From assembly GCA_044866005.1 (NCBI GenBank), contig JBIOTN010000057.1, positions 6,067 to 70,066 of the forward strand: DNA of 64,000 nucleotides, in the 5' to 3' direction. Of the stretch, positions 8,366 to 17,162 are shown piece by piece. The translations under genes and the position numbers were made by a program. Origin of the DNA: Candidatus Rokuibacteriota bacterium. GTDB lineage: Bacteria > Methylomirabilota > Methylomirabilia > Rokubacteriales > DASRDR01. The notes beneath the pieces are model-generated. The model was not told the DNA's origin. It ran no database searches and saw only the letters and a list, made by a program, of their open reading frames with translations. Positions within the stretch are counted from its first letter, which is position 1, and every line of letters begins with the position of its first letter.

Positions 8366-8394
8366 TCGGAGGGGGGCTCTTGCCCCCCTTCCGA
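8366..8394 (+). terminator. G/C-run hairpin (family member 1) in the cytX leader, candidate riboswitch expression platform
   Basis: TCGGAGGGGGGC-TCTT-GCCCCCC(T)TCCGA followed by GGTCCTCCC. Same architecture as the hairpins at 18289, 59402 and 62485. Confidence 0.45.
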
Positions 8395-8529
8395 CGGTCC
8401 TCCCGGCAAGGCCGGGCCGCTCGGCCGTCTTTCTCGGCCGAACGGATCGGCCCGGCCTCCCCCCGCAAAGCTTTGGAGCCGCGCGGTGGGATGTCGGGGA
8501 GCGGTCGATACCCGCGAGCGAGGAGGGCG

Positions 8530-9885
8530 ATGGAGACGATGGGGGAGTGGGGGATCGAGCCGGTACCGGCCGTCGCGCGGCGGCTCGGGGCCTGGGACTT
8601 CGCGGTGCTGTGGGGCGACCTGGGGATCGGGCTCCTCGTGCTCCTGGCGGGGAGCTTTCTGGTCCCGGCGCTCTCGCTGGGCCAGGCGCTCGGGGCGATC
8701 GCGCTGGGCAGCGCGATCGGCGTCCTGCTCCTCGCGGCGGCGGGGATCGTGGGGAGCCAGACCGGCGTCCCCACGATGGTCTGCCTCCGGCCGGCGCTCG
8801 GGGTGCGCGGCTCGTACGCGCCGACCGCGCTCAACGTCGTCCAGCTCCTCGGGTGGACCGTGTTCGAGCTTGTCATCATGGGCCACGCCGCGAACGTCGT
8901 CAGCCGGCGGCTCCTGGGTCTCGACGCCTACTGGCTCTGGCTCCTCGTCTTCGCCGCGGTGGTCCTGGGGCTCGGGGTCTGGGGGCCGCTGGCCGTGGTC
9001 CGGCAGTGGCTCGCGAAGTTCGCCGTCTGGGTCATGCTCGCGACGAGCGTCTGGCTCACCTGGCTGCTCCTGACACGCTACGAGGTGGGCGCGCTCGCCG
9101 CGCGCCCGGGAACGGGCGAGCTCTCCTTCTGGGCCGCCGTCGACCTCGTGGTCGCGATGCCGATCTCGTGGCTCCCCCTCGTCTGCGACTACAGCCGCTT
9201 CGCGCGCCGGCCGGGCGCGGCGTTCCGGGGGACGGCCCTCGGCTATCTCGTGGCGAACGTCTGGTTCTACGGCCTGGGAGCGCTCATCCTCCTGGCCGCC
9301 GGGGTCACGCAGGAGCCGAAGGGGTTCGTCGAGGCGATCGCCTCGATCGCCGGGCCGCTCGCCCTCCTGATCCTCCTGGTGGACGAGACGGACGAGGCCT
9401 GGGCCGACCTCTACTCGTGCGCGGTCTCCGTCCAGAACGTCTTCCCGCGCGCGCCGCTCCGCGCGCTCGTCGTCGCGCTCGGCGTCGCGTGTGCCGCGGT
9501 CGCGCTCGTGCTCGACGTGACCCAGTACGAGGCGTTCCTCTTCATCATCGGCTCGGTCTTCGTGCCGCTCTTCGGCGTGCTCGCGGTCGACTACTTCGCC
9601 ATCCGCCGGGGGTACGTCGCGGACGACCTCGCGCGACCGGGCGGGCCCTACTGGTACCGTGGGGGTGTGAGCTTCCGCGGGCTCGCCGCCTGGGGACTCG
9701 GGATCCTCACCTATCTCGCGATCGCCGGCAACCTCGCCGGGCTCGGCCTGCCCGGGCTGCCCGCGCTCGGCGCCTCGCTGCCGAGCCTCTTCGTGGCGGG
9801 GCTCGCCTACGGCGCCCTCGCCCATCCGCTCGCGCGAGCCGCCAGCCGGGCGCCGGCCGGCCCGCGCGGCGCGCCGCTGCCTTGA
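8530..9885 (+). CDS. cytX: NCS1-family permease, CytX-like putative hydroxymethylpyrimidine/thiamine-precursor transporter
   Basis: ORF 8380..9885 trimmed to ATG 8530 (GAGGAGGG SD). About 12 TM helices. N-terminus GIEPVPAVARRLGAWDFAVLWGD typical of CytX/NCS1. Preceded by the TPP riboswitch. Confidence 0.8.
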   Translation: METMGEWGIEPVPAVARRLGAWDFAVLWGDLGIGLLVLLAGSFLVPALSLGQALGAIALGSAIGVLLLAAAGIVGSQTGVPTMVCLRPALGVRGSYAPTALNVVQLLGWTVFELVIMGHAANVVSRRLLGLDAYWLWLLVFAAVVLGLGVWGPLAVVRQWLAKFAVWVMLATSVWLTWLLLTRYEVGALAARPGTGELSFWAAVDLVVAMPISWLPLVCDYSRFARRPGAAFRGTALGYLVANVWFYGLGALILLAAGVTQEPKGFVEAIASIAGPLALLILLVDETDEAWADLYSCAVSVQNVFPRAPLRALVVALGVACAAVALVLDVTQYEAFLFIIGSVFVPLFGVLAVDYFAIRRGYVADDLARPGGPYWYRGGVSFRGLAAWGLGILTYLAIAGNLAGLGLPGLPALGASLPSLFVAGLAYGALAHPLARAASRAPAGPRGAPLP

Positions 9886-9923
9886 CCGGTCAGCAGGGCG
9901 TCTGGTAAGGTCGTCTGACGCGT

Positions 9924-11648
9924 ATGTCGTGGAAACTCAAAGCGAAGGCCGACCGGCTGCTGGCCCAGGAAGAGGGGGCCGTCTGCAAGGACTGGGGCGG
10001 GCGAGTGGCCTTCGCGCTCGTGTATCCGAACACTTACGCGGTCGGGATGTCGAACCTCGGCTTCCAGACCATCTACCACCATCTCAACGCGCTCCCGGAC
10101 GTCGTCTGCGAGCGGGTCTTCCTGCCCGACCCCGAGGACCTCCCGGAGCACGGGCGCACCGAGACCGCGCCCTTCTCGCTCGAGTCAAAGCGCCCGCTCG
10201 CCGACTTCGACTTCGTCGGGTTTTCCCTGACCTACGAGGGCGATTTCATCAACGCGCTGCGCCTCCTCCGGATGGCGGACATCCCCCGGGACCCCGCCGA
10301 CCGCCGGCCCGAGGATCCGATCGTCCTGATGGGCGGCGTCTGCGCCTTCGCCAACCCCGAGCCGATCGCGCCGTTCATGGATTTCATCGTGGTCGGCGAG
10401 GGCGAGGAGATCGTCGGCGAGATCGTCGAGGCCTATCGCGCGGCCTTCGGGGGCAAAGCCTGGGCGGCCCGGCGCCGCGCGGACCTCTGGGAGCGGCTCC
10501 GGCCGATCCCCGGCATCTACCTTCCGCACGACTACCGGGTCGAGTACGCGACGGACGGGACGATCGCCGCGGTCGCGCCGATCACCGACGCGCCGGCCGT
10601 CGTCCAGAAGCGCCGGCTCAAGAACGTGGACGCGTTCCAGACGCTCTCCCTCCTCCGCACGCCGAACGCCGAGTACGGCCACCTGGCGCTCCTCGAGGTG
10701 GGCAAGGGGTGCGGCCGAGGCTGCCGCTTCTGTCTGGAGGGCGAGATCTACCGGCCCGTGCGCCACCGGAGCCTGGAAGCGCTCCGGGCCTCCCTGAAGG
10801 AGATCGCCCAGCACAGCAAGCGCGTCGGGCTGGTCGGCGCCTGCGTGTCGGACTATCCGTGGATCGGCGAGCTCATGAAGGTCATCGAAGAGGAGGGGCT
10901 CGAGCTCTCCATCTCGTCGCTGCGGGCCGACAGCCTCACCGAGGAGCTGGTGGCCTCGCTCCAGCGGGGCGGTCACCGGACGCTCACCATCGCGCCGGAA
11001 GCGGGGACCGAGCGGCTGCGCCGCGTGATCCGGAAGAACATCAGCGACGAGCAGCTCTACGCGGCGTGCGACCTCGTCCGATCGTACGGGATCCCGAACC
11101 TCAAGTGCTACTTCATGATCGGCCAGCCCACGGAGACGGCCGAGGACGTCGAGGCGATCCCGGACCTCGCGGCGCGACTGCTCGAGCGGCTGCGCGCGCC
11201 GTCCCGGGACGGCCAGCCCTTCGGCCGCCTCACGCTCTCCATCAGCTCGTTCGTCCCGAAGCCGTGGACGCCGTTCCAGTGGGCGCCCTTCGACCACACC
11301 GGCTCCCTCGAGGCGAAGCTCGGGACGATCAAGGCGGGCGTGCGCCGCTTCCCCAACGTCCGCGTGCTCCACGAGAACCCGCGGGAGGCCTTCCTCCAGG
11401 CGCTCATCGCGCGCGGCGACCGTCGCGTCGCGCGCCTGCTCGCCCGCGCGGCCGAGCTCGAGGGCGACTGGCGAACGGCGCTGCGGGAGTGGGACGGGGA
11501 CGCCTCGTTCTACACCTACCGGGCCCGGCCGCTCGACGAGCGGTTCCCGTGGGACCACCTGGAGGTCGGGGTCAAGAAGGCCGGCCTGATCCGCGAATAC
11601 GAGCGGGCCGGGCTGCCGTCCACGCCGAGCGCGGTGACCGCGCCGTGA
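9924..11648 (+). CDS. Radical SAM protein with B12-binding-like N-terminal domain (TIGR03960-like)
   Basis: ORF 9924..11648. LVYPNTYAVGMSNLGFQTIYHHLN N-terminus. CxxxCxxC cluster GCGRGCRFC. Confidence 0.8.
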   Translation: MSWKLKAKADRLLAQEEGAVCKDWGGRVAFALVYPNTYAVGMSNLGFQTIYHHLNALPDVVCERVFLPDPEDLPEHGRTETAPFSLESKRPLADFDFVGFSLTYEGDFINALRLLRMADIPRDPADRRPEDPIVLMGGVCAFANPEPIAPFMDFIVVGEGEEIVGEIVEAYRAAFGGKAWAARRRADLWERLRPIPGIYLPHDYRVEYATDGTIAAVAPITDAPAVVQKRRLKNVDAFQTLSLLRTPNAEYGHLALLEVGKGCGRGCRFCLEGEIYRPVRHRSLEALRASLKEIAQHSKRVGLVGACVSDYPWIGELMKVIEEEGLELSISSLRADSLTEELVASLQRGGHRTLTIAPEAGTERLRRVIRKNISDEQLYAACDLVRSYGIPNLKCYFMIGQPTETAEDVEAIPDLAARLLERLRAPSRDGQPFGRLTLSISSFVPKPWTPFQWAPFDHTGSLEAKLGTIKAGVRRFPNVRVLHENPREAFLQALIARGDRRVARLLARAAELEGDWRTALREWDGDASFYTYRARPLDERFPWDHLEVGVKKAGLIREYERAGLPSTPSAVTAP

Positions 11649-12370
11649 CCGGGCCCGATGCGGCCGCGACGGGAGGGAAGCCGGGCGTGGAGTCACCGCC
11701 CGGGCGGTATTTCCTCTACACGTTCTTCCGCGTGACGCGCGCCTACCTGCCCCTGCCGAAGGAGGAGAAGGCGCGCGCCATCGGCGATTACCTCGCGCGC
11801 GCGGCCGAGTTCGGGGGCTCCGTCACGGTCCGCAGCTACTCGACCCTCGGCCTGCGCCATGACACGGACTTCCTCCTCTGGCTCATCGCGCGCGAGCTGC
11901 CGCCGATCCAGGCGCTCCTCGAAGGCTTGCGGAAGAGCCTCCTGGCCCCTTACCTCGAGAACACGCACAGCTTGCTCGCCGTGACGCGGGAGTCGATGTA
12001 CGTCAAGGACCACCGGGAGGAGCCCCACGTCGAGCCGCTCCCGGCCGGCATGGGCCAGTACCTCTTCGTCTACCCGTTCGTGAAGACCCGCGAGTGGTAC
12101 CTCCTGCCGATGACGGAGCGGCAGAGGATGATGAGCGAGCACATCCGGGTCGGCCACCAGTTCCCCGGGATCCGGATCAACACCTCGTACTCGTTCGGGC
12201 TCGACGACCAGGACTTCGTCGTCTCCTTCGAGGGGAACGACCCGAAGGAGTTCGTAACGCTCGTGATGCGCCTCCGCGAGTCCGAGGCGAGCCGCTACAC
12301 CCAGCGCGACACGCCGATCTTCACCTGCGCGAAGCGCCCGCTCGAGGAGATCCTCTGGGCGCTGGGCTGA
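11645..12370 (+). CDS. hemQ: Chlorite dismutase-family protein, HemQ/ChdC-like coproheme decarboxylase
   Basis: 3' part of ORF 9929..12370. GTG 11645 overlaps the upstream stop (GTGA). Pattern YFLYTFFRV...WYLLPMTERQRMMSEHIRVGHQF...SFGLDDQDFVVSFEGNDP..F..LVMRLRESEASRYT. Confidence 0.75.
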   Translation: MTGPDAAATGGKPGVESPPGRYFLYTFFRVTRAYLPLPKEEKARAIGDYLARAAEFGGSVTVRSYSTLGLRHDTDFLLWLIARELPPIQALLEGLRKSLLAPYLENTHSLLAVTRESMYVKDHREEPHVEPLPAGMGQYLFVYPFVKTREWYLLPMTERQRMMSEHIRVGHQFPGIRINTSYSFGLDDQDFVVSFEGNDPKEFVTLVMRLRESEASRYTQRDTPIFTCAKRPLEEILWALG

Positions 12371-12425
12371 GATGCCGGCCGACGGCGGTCTCCCCCGGCC
12401 GGTGCCGTTCCCGTCGAGGAAACGC

Positions 12426-12454
12426 TTGACACCCCTAATCGCTCTGCCTAAGAT
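12426..12454 (+). promoter_or_regulatory. Sigma70-like promoter of gltB
   Basis: TTGACA (12426..12431), 17 nt, TAAGAT (12449..12454), in an AT-enriched patch. Leaves a leader of about 120 nt. Confidence 0.55.
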
Positions 12455-12580
12455 GCTCGAAATACCGGCGGGAACGATGTTTCAGGGCGGCGATCGGGAA
12501 CCGCGCGGGGTGCGCCGCGGGTCTCGTGGGGAGTGACGGGCTGGGACGGTGAGATCTTCTTCGTGTCCGGGCGCAAGTGA

Positions 12581-15500
12581 ATGGAATCACAATCGTTGAA
12601 GGCCGATCCGCGGTTCCCCCTCTACGACCCCCGGGACGAGCGCGACGCCTGCGGCACCGGCTTCGTCGCCGACATCGCGGGACGCCCGAGCCACCGGATC
12701 GTCGAGCAGGCGGTCGAGGCGGTCGTGAACCTCACCCACCGCGGGGCCGTCTCGGCGGACGGGAAGACGGGGGACGGGGCGGGCGTGCTCACGCAGCTCC
12801 CGCGGCGGCTCTTCATGCGGGAGCTCCGCCGCATCGGCGGGCGGCTCGACCGCGTCGAGGATCTCGCCGTGGGGGTGGTCTTCTTCCCCCGCGAGGCCGA
12901 CAAGCGACGGCTGTGCCAGAAGATCGTCGAGGGGACGCTGATCCGGTGGGGCATCTGGACCCTCGGCTGGCGCGAGGCGCCGATCGACCCCGACGCGCTC
13001 GGCGACAAGGCCCTCCGGACCCTCCCGGACATCCAGCACCTCCTCCTCGCCCGGCCGGCGGGAGCCACGGACGACGAGTTCGAGCGCACCCTCTACCTGG
13101 CGCGCAAGGAGATCGAGCAACAGGTCCTGGGCGAGGGGATCCGCGACTTCTACATCCCCTCCTGCTCGCACCGGACGATCGTCTACAAGGGCCTCTTCGT
13201 CGCCCCGCAGCTCCCCCGCTTCTACCGCGACCTGACGGACCCCCTCTACGAGACGGCGCTGGCCGTGTTCCACCAACGGTACTCGACCAACACCTTCCCC
13301 ACCTGGTTCCTCTCCCAGCCCTTCCGGATGCTCGCCCACAACGGCGAGATCAACACGCTGAACGGCAACCTCAACTGGACTTACGCCCGCGAGCGCGAGC
13401 TCTACTCCACGGTGTGGCGCGGGGAGGTGGAGCGGCTGCGCCCGCTCATCCTGCCGGACGGCTCCGACTCGGCGATGCTCGACAACGTCCTCGAGGCGCT
13501 CGTGCTCTCCGGCCGCGACGTGCGGCACGCCTTCATGATGCTCGTCCCCGAGCCGTGGGAGCAGATGCCGCACATGGACCCGGACCTCCGGGCCTTCTAC
13601 GAGTACCACGCCGCGATCACGGAGCCGTGGGACGGCCCGGCCGCGCTCGCCTTCTCCGACGGCGTCGTCGTCGGGGCGACCCTCGATCGCAACGGGCTCC
13701 GCCCGGCCCGTTACGTGGTGACGGAGGACGGACTCTGCCTCATGGGGTCCGAGGTCGGTCTCCTGCCGCTCGACCCGGCGCGCATCGTCCGGAAGGGCCG
13801 GCTCGGGCCGGGGCAGATGATCGCGGTGGACACGCGGCGGGGCGTGCTCCTCGACAACGACGCGATCAAGCGCCAGTTCGCGACGGACCAGGACTACGGG
13901 AAGTGGCTCAGCCGCCATCTGGTGAGCCTGGACGGGCTCGTGCCGGAGAGCGGGAACGGCCCGCCGCCGCGCGACCCCGCGACGCTGGTGCCGCTCCAGG
14001 CGGCCTTCGGCTACACCGAGGAGGAGCTCAAGTACGTCCTCAAGCCGATGTTCGCCGAGAAGAAGGAGCCCGTCTGGTCCATGGGGGACGACACGCCGCT
14101 GGCGGTCCTGAGCCCGCGGCCGCGTCCCTTCTACGGGTACTTCAAGCAGAAGTTCGCGCAGGTCACGAACCCACCGATCGACCCCTTGCGCGAGCAGCTC
14201 GTCATGTCGCTCAACACCTACCTCGGGCCGCGGCAGAGCCTGCTGGAGGAAACCGAGTTCCACGCGCGCCTGATCCGCCTCCAGAGCCCGATCCTCTCGG
14301 ACCGCGAGCTGGAGACCCTCTATCACGTGACGGGCTTCGCCGCGATCCGGCTCTCCACGCTCTTCCCCGTCAGCGCCGGCGCGGCGGGGCTGGAGGCGGC
14401 GCTCCACCGGCTGACCGAGGAGGCCAGCCGCGCGGTCGACAGCGAGTACGCCCTGGTGGTGCTCTCCGACCGCGGCGTGGACGCCGAGCACGCGGCGGTG
14501 CCGATCCTGATGGCCGTCGGCGCCATCCAGCATCACCTGATCCGCCACGGCAAGCGGATGAAGCTGAGCCTGCTCTGCGAGACCGCCGAGGCCTGGGAGG
14601 TCCACCACGTCGCGTGCCTGATCGGCTACGGTGCCTCGGCCGTGAACCCCTACCTGGCGTTCCAGACGGTCCAGCAGCTCGCGACCAATCCGGAGCGCGG
14701 CGACGCGCCGATGGAGCCGGACCTGGCCGTCGCGAACTACAAGACGTCGCTCGAGTACGGGCTCCGCAAGGTCATGTCGAAGATGGGGATCTCCACCGTG
14801 GCCTCCTATCACGGCGCGCAGATCTTCGAGGCTATCGGGCTCTCGCGCGCGCTCGTGGACCGGTGCTTTCTGGGCACGGCGTCGCGGATCGGCGGGATCG
14901 GCTACGCCGAGGTCGCGGCGGACGTGCTGGAGCGCCACCACGAGGCGTTCCGCATGGCCGCCGCGGGACGCACGCGTCTGGGGGACGCCGGGTTCTACCG
15001 CTTCCGCAAGGGCGGCGAGCAGCACGCTTTCAACCCGAACGTGATCAAGGCGTTCCACGCCGCCGTGAAGAGCGGGCGGTACGAGGACTACAAGCGCTAC
15101 GCCGAGCTCGTGAACACGCGGCAGCCGCTCGCGCTCCGCGACCTCATGGCCTTCCGGCCCGACCGCGCGGCGGTCCCGGCGGAAGAGGTGGAGCCCGTCG
15201 CGGCGATCGTGCGTCGCTTCTCGACCCAGGCGATGTCGATCGGGGCTCTCGGCCCCGAGGCCCACAAGACGCTGGCGACCGCCATGAACCGGCTGGGGGC
15301 GCGCTCGAACACGGGCGAGGGCGGGGAGGACCCCGACTGGTGGCACCCCCTGGCGAACGGCGATCTGGCCGCAAGCAAGATCAAGCAGGTCGCCTCGGCC
15401 CGCTTCGGCGTGACGCCGGAGTACCTGATCCGGGCCGAGCAGCTCGAGATCAAGATGGCGCAGGGCTCGAAGCCCGGCGAAGGCGGCCAGCTCCCGGGGC

Positions 15501-17128
15501 ACAAGGTCGCCGCCCACATCGCGAAGATCCGGCGCGCCACGGCGGGCATCCCGCTCATCTCGCCGCCGCCGCACCACGACATCTACTCGATCGAGGACCT
15601 GGCGCAGCTCATCTACGACCTGAAGATGGTGAACCCGCGGGCGAAGGTCTGCGTCAAGCTCGTCTCCGAGGCCGGCGTCGGGACGATCGCAGCCGGCGTG
15701 GCGAAGGGCTACGCCGACGTCGTGCTCATCTCGGGCCACGACGGCGGCACCGGCGCCTCTCCCGTGTCGTCGATCAAGAACGCCGGCGTGCCCTGGGAGC
15801 TCGGGCTCTCCGAGACCCAGCAAGTGCTCGTGATGAACGACCTGCGGGGGCGCGTCACGCTGCGGACGGACGGCGGCATGAAGACGGGCCGCGACGTCGT
15901 GGTCGCCGCGCTCCTGGGGGCCGAGGAGTTCGGCTTCGGCTCGGCCTCCGTCGTAGCCCTCGGCTGCGTCATGGCGCGGCAGTGCCACCTGAACACCTGC
16001 CCGGTCGGGATCGCCACCCAGCGCGAGGACCTCCGCGCGAAGTTCGCCGGCACCCCCCAGATGGCGATCCACTTCTTCACCCACGTGGCCGAGGAGGTGC
16101 GCGAGATCCTCGCGGGGCTCGGGTACCGCACTCTCGACGAGGTGGTCGGCCGGACCGACCTGCTGGTGGCGGCCACCGCGGAGCGGGGGGCCGGGAAGGC
16201 GGCCGCGCTCGACCTGGCGAAGATCCTCACGCCGGCCGACCCCGAGGGGACGCGGCCCCGCCGGTGCGTGGTGCCGCGCAACGATCGGCCGGACGAGCCA
16301 TTCGACAACCGGCTCCTCGCCGACGCACGGCCCGCGGTCGAGGCCGGGATCCCGGTCCGCCTGAGCTACCCCATCCGGAACATCCACCGCACGGTCGGCG
16401 CGCGCCTGGCGGGCGAGATCGCCCGGCGGTACGGGGACCCCGGCCTGCCCGAGGGAACGATCGAGATCCGCCTGGAAGGGAGCGCCGGCCAGTCCTTCGG
16501 CGCGTTCTGCGTCCCCGGCATGCGGCTCCTCCTCCAGGGCGACGCCAACGACTACGTCGGGAAGGGCATGGGGGGCGGCGAGATCGTCGTCCGGCCCCCG
16601 GCCTCCGCGCGCTTCAGCTCCCACGAGAACGCGATCGTGGGCAACACCGTGCTCTACGGCGCGACCGGAGGCGCCCTCTTTGCCGCCGGCCGGGCCGGCG
16701 AGCGGTTCGCCGTCCGCAACTCCGGCGCGACCGCCGTGGTGGAGGGCGTGGGTGATCACGGCTGCGAGTACATGACGGCGGGGTGCGTGGTCGTCCTGGG
16801 AGACACGGGCCGGAACTTCGGCGCCGGCATGACCAACGGCAGCGCCTTCGTCCTCGACGAGGCGGGCGAGTTCCCCAAGCGCTACAACCCCGAACTCGTC
16901 CGGCTCGCGCGCGTCGAGGAGCCGGCCGACGCGGCGCGCCTCCACGCCCTCGTGACGCGGCACCTCGAGGCGACGGGCAGTCGCCGCGCCGCCGACGTCC
17001 TGGCGCGCTGGGGCGAGCTGCTGCCTCGGTTCTGGAAGGTCATCCCGATGCCGGCCGAGGCGATCGCCCGGACGATCGAGGTGGCCAAGCGCGGCAGCGA
17101 GACGGTCGCCCTGGCGGGCGCCCGCTAG
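12581..17128 (+). CDS. gltB: Glutamate synthase large subunit
   Basis: ORF 12581..17128 (1515 aa). N-terminal amidotransferase Cys (RDACGTGFVAD), central and FMN domains, C-terminal GXGG-repeat beta-helix. Confidence 0.95.
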   Translation: MESQSLKADPRFPLYDPRDERDACGTGFVADIAGRPSHRIVEQAVEAVVNLTHRGAVSADGKTGDGAGVLTQLPRRLFMRELRRIGGRLDRVEDLAVGVVFFPREADKRRLCQKIVEGTLIRWGIWTLGWREAPIDPDALGDKALRTLPDIQHLLLARPAGATDDEFERTLYLARKEIEQQVLGEGIRDFYIPSCSHRTIVYKGLFVAPQLPRFYRDLTDPLYETALAVFHQRYSTNTFPTWFLSQPFRMLAHNGEINTLNGNLNWTYARERELYSTVWRGEVERLRPLILPDGSDSAMLDNVLEALVLSGRDVRHAFMMLVPEPWEQMPHMDPDLRAFYEYHAAITEPWDGPAALAFSDGVVVGATLDRNGLRPARYVVTEDGLCLMGSEVGLLPLDPARIVRKGRLGPGQMIAVDTRRGVLLDNDAIKRQFATDQDYGKWLSRHLVSLDGLVPESGNGPPPRDPATLVPLQAAFGYTEEELKYVLKPMFAEKKEPVWSMGDDTPLAVLSPRPRPFYGYFKQKFAQVTNPPIDPLREQLVMSLNTYLGPRQSLLEETEFHARLIRLQSPILSDRELETLYHVTGFAAIRLSTLFPVSAGAAGLEAALHRLTEEASRAVDSEYALVVLSDRGVDAEHAAVPILMAVGAIQHHLIRHGKRMKLSLLCETAEAWEVHHVACLIGYGASAVNPYLAFQTVQQLATNPERGDAPMEPDLAVANYKTSLEYGLRKVMSKMGISTVASYHGAQIFEAIGLSRALVDRCFLGTASRIGGIGYAEVAADVLERHHEAFRMAAAGRTRLGDAGFYRFRKGGEQHAFNPNVIKAFHAAVKSGRYEDYKRYAELVNTRQPLALRDLMAFRPDRAAVPAEEVEPVAAIVRRFSTQAMSIGALGPEAHKTLATAMNRLGARSNTGEGGEDPDWWHPLANGDLAASKIKQVASARFGVTPEYLIRAEQLEIKMAQGSKPGEGGQLPGHKVAAHIAKIRRATAGIPLISPPPHHDIYSIEDLAQLIYDLKMVNPRAKVCVKLVSEAGVGTIAAGVAKGYADVVLISGHDGGTGASPVSSIKNAGVPWELGLSETQQVLVMNDLRGRVTLRTDGGMKTGRDVVVAALLGAEEFGFGSASVVALGCVMARQCHLNTCPVGIATQREDLRAKFAGTPQMAIHFFTHVAEEVREILAGLGYRTLDEVVGRTDLLVAATAERGAGKAAALDLAKILTPADPEGTRPRRCVVPRNDRPDEPFDNRLLADARPAVEAGIPVRLSYPIRNIHRTVGARLAGEIARRYGDPGLPEGTIEIRLEGSAGQSFGAFCVPGMRLLLQGDANDYVGKGMGGGEIVVRPPASARFSSHENAIVGNTVLYGATGGALFAAGRAGERFAVRNSGATAVVEGVGDHGCEYMTAGCVVVLGDTGRNFGAGMTNGSAFVLDEAGEFPKRYNPELVRLARVEEPADAARLHALVTRHLEATGSRRAADVLARWGELLPRFWKVIPMPAEAIARTIEVAKRGSETVALAGAR

Positions 17129-17162
17129 GCCCGGCACCGCCCCTCGCGCGGGCTCTCCTCCC

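Noticed and set aside
12455-12580. Possible glutamine (glnA-type) riboswitch in the gltB leader, because of repeated GGGAAC elements.
   Set aside because: The conserved GGAAGUAGG / AAGGAACGC elements of the glnA RNA motif are absent. I found only generic GC hairpins.
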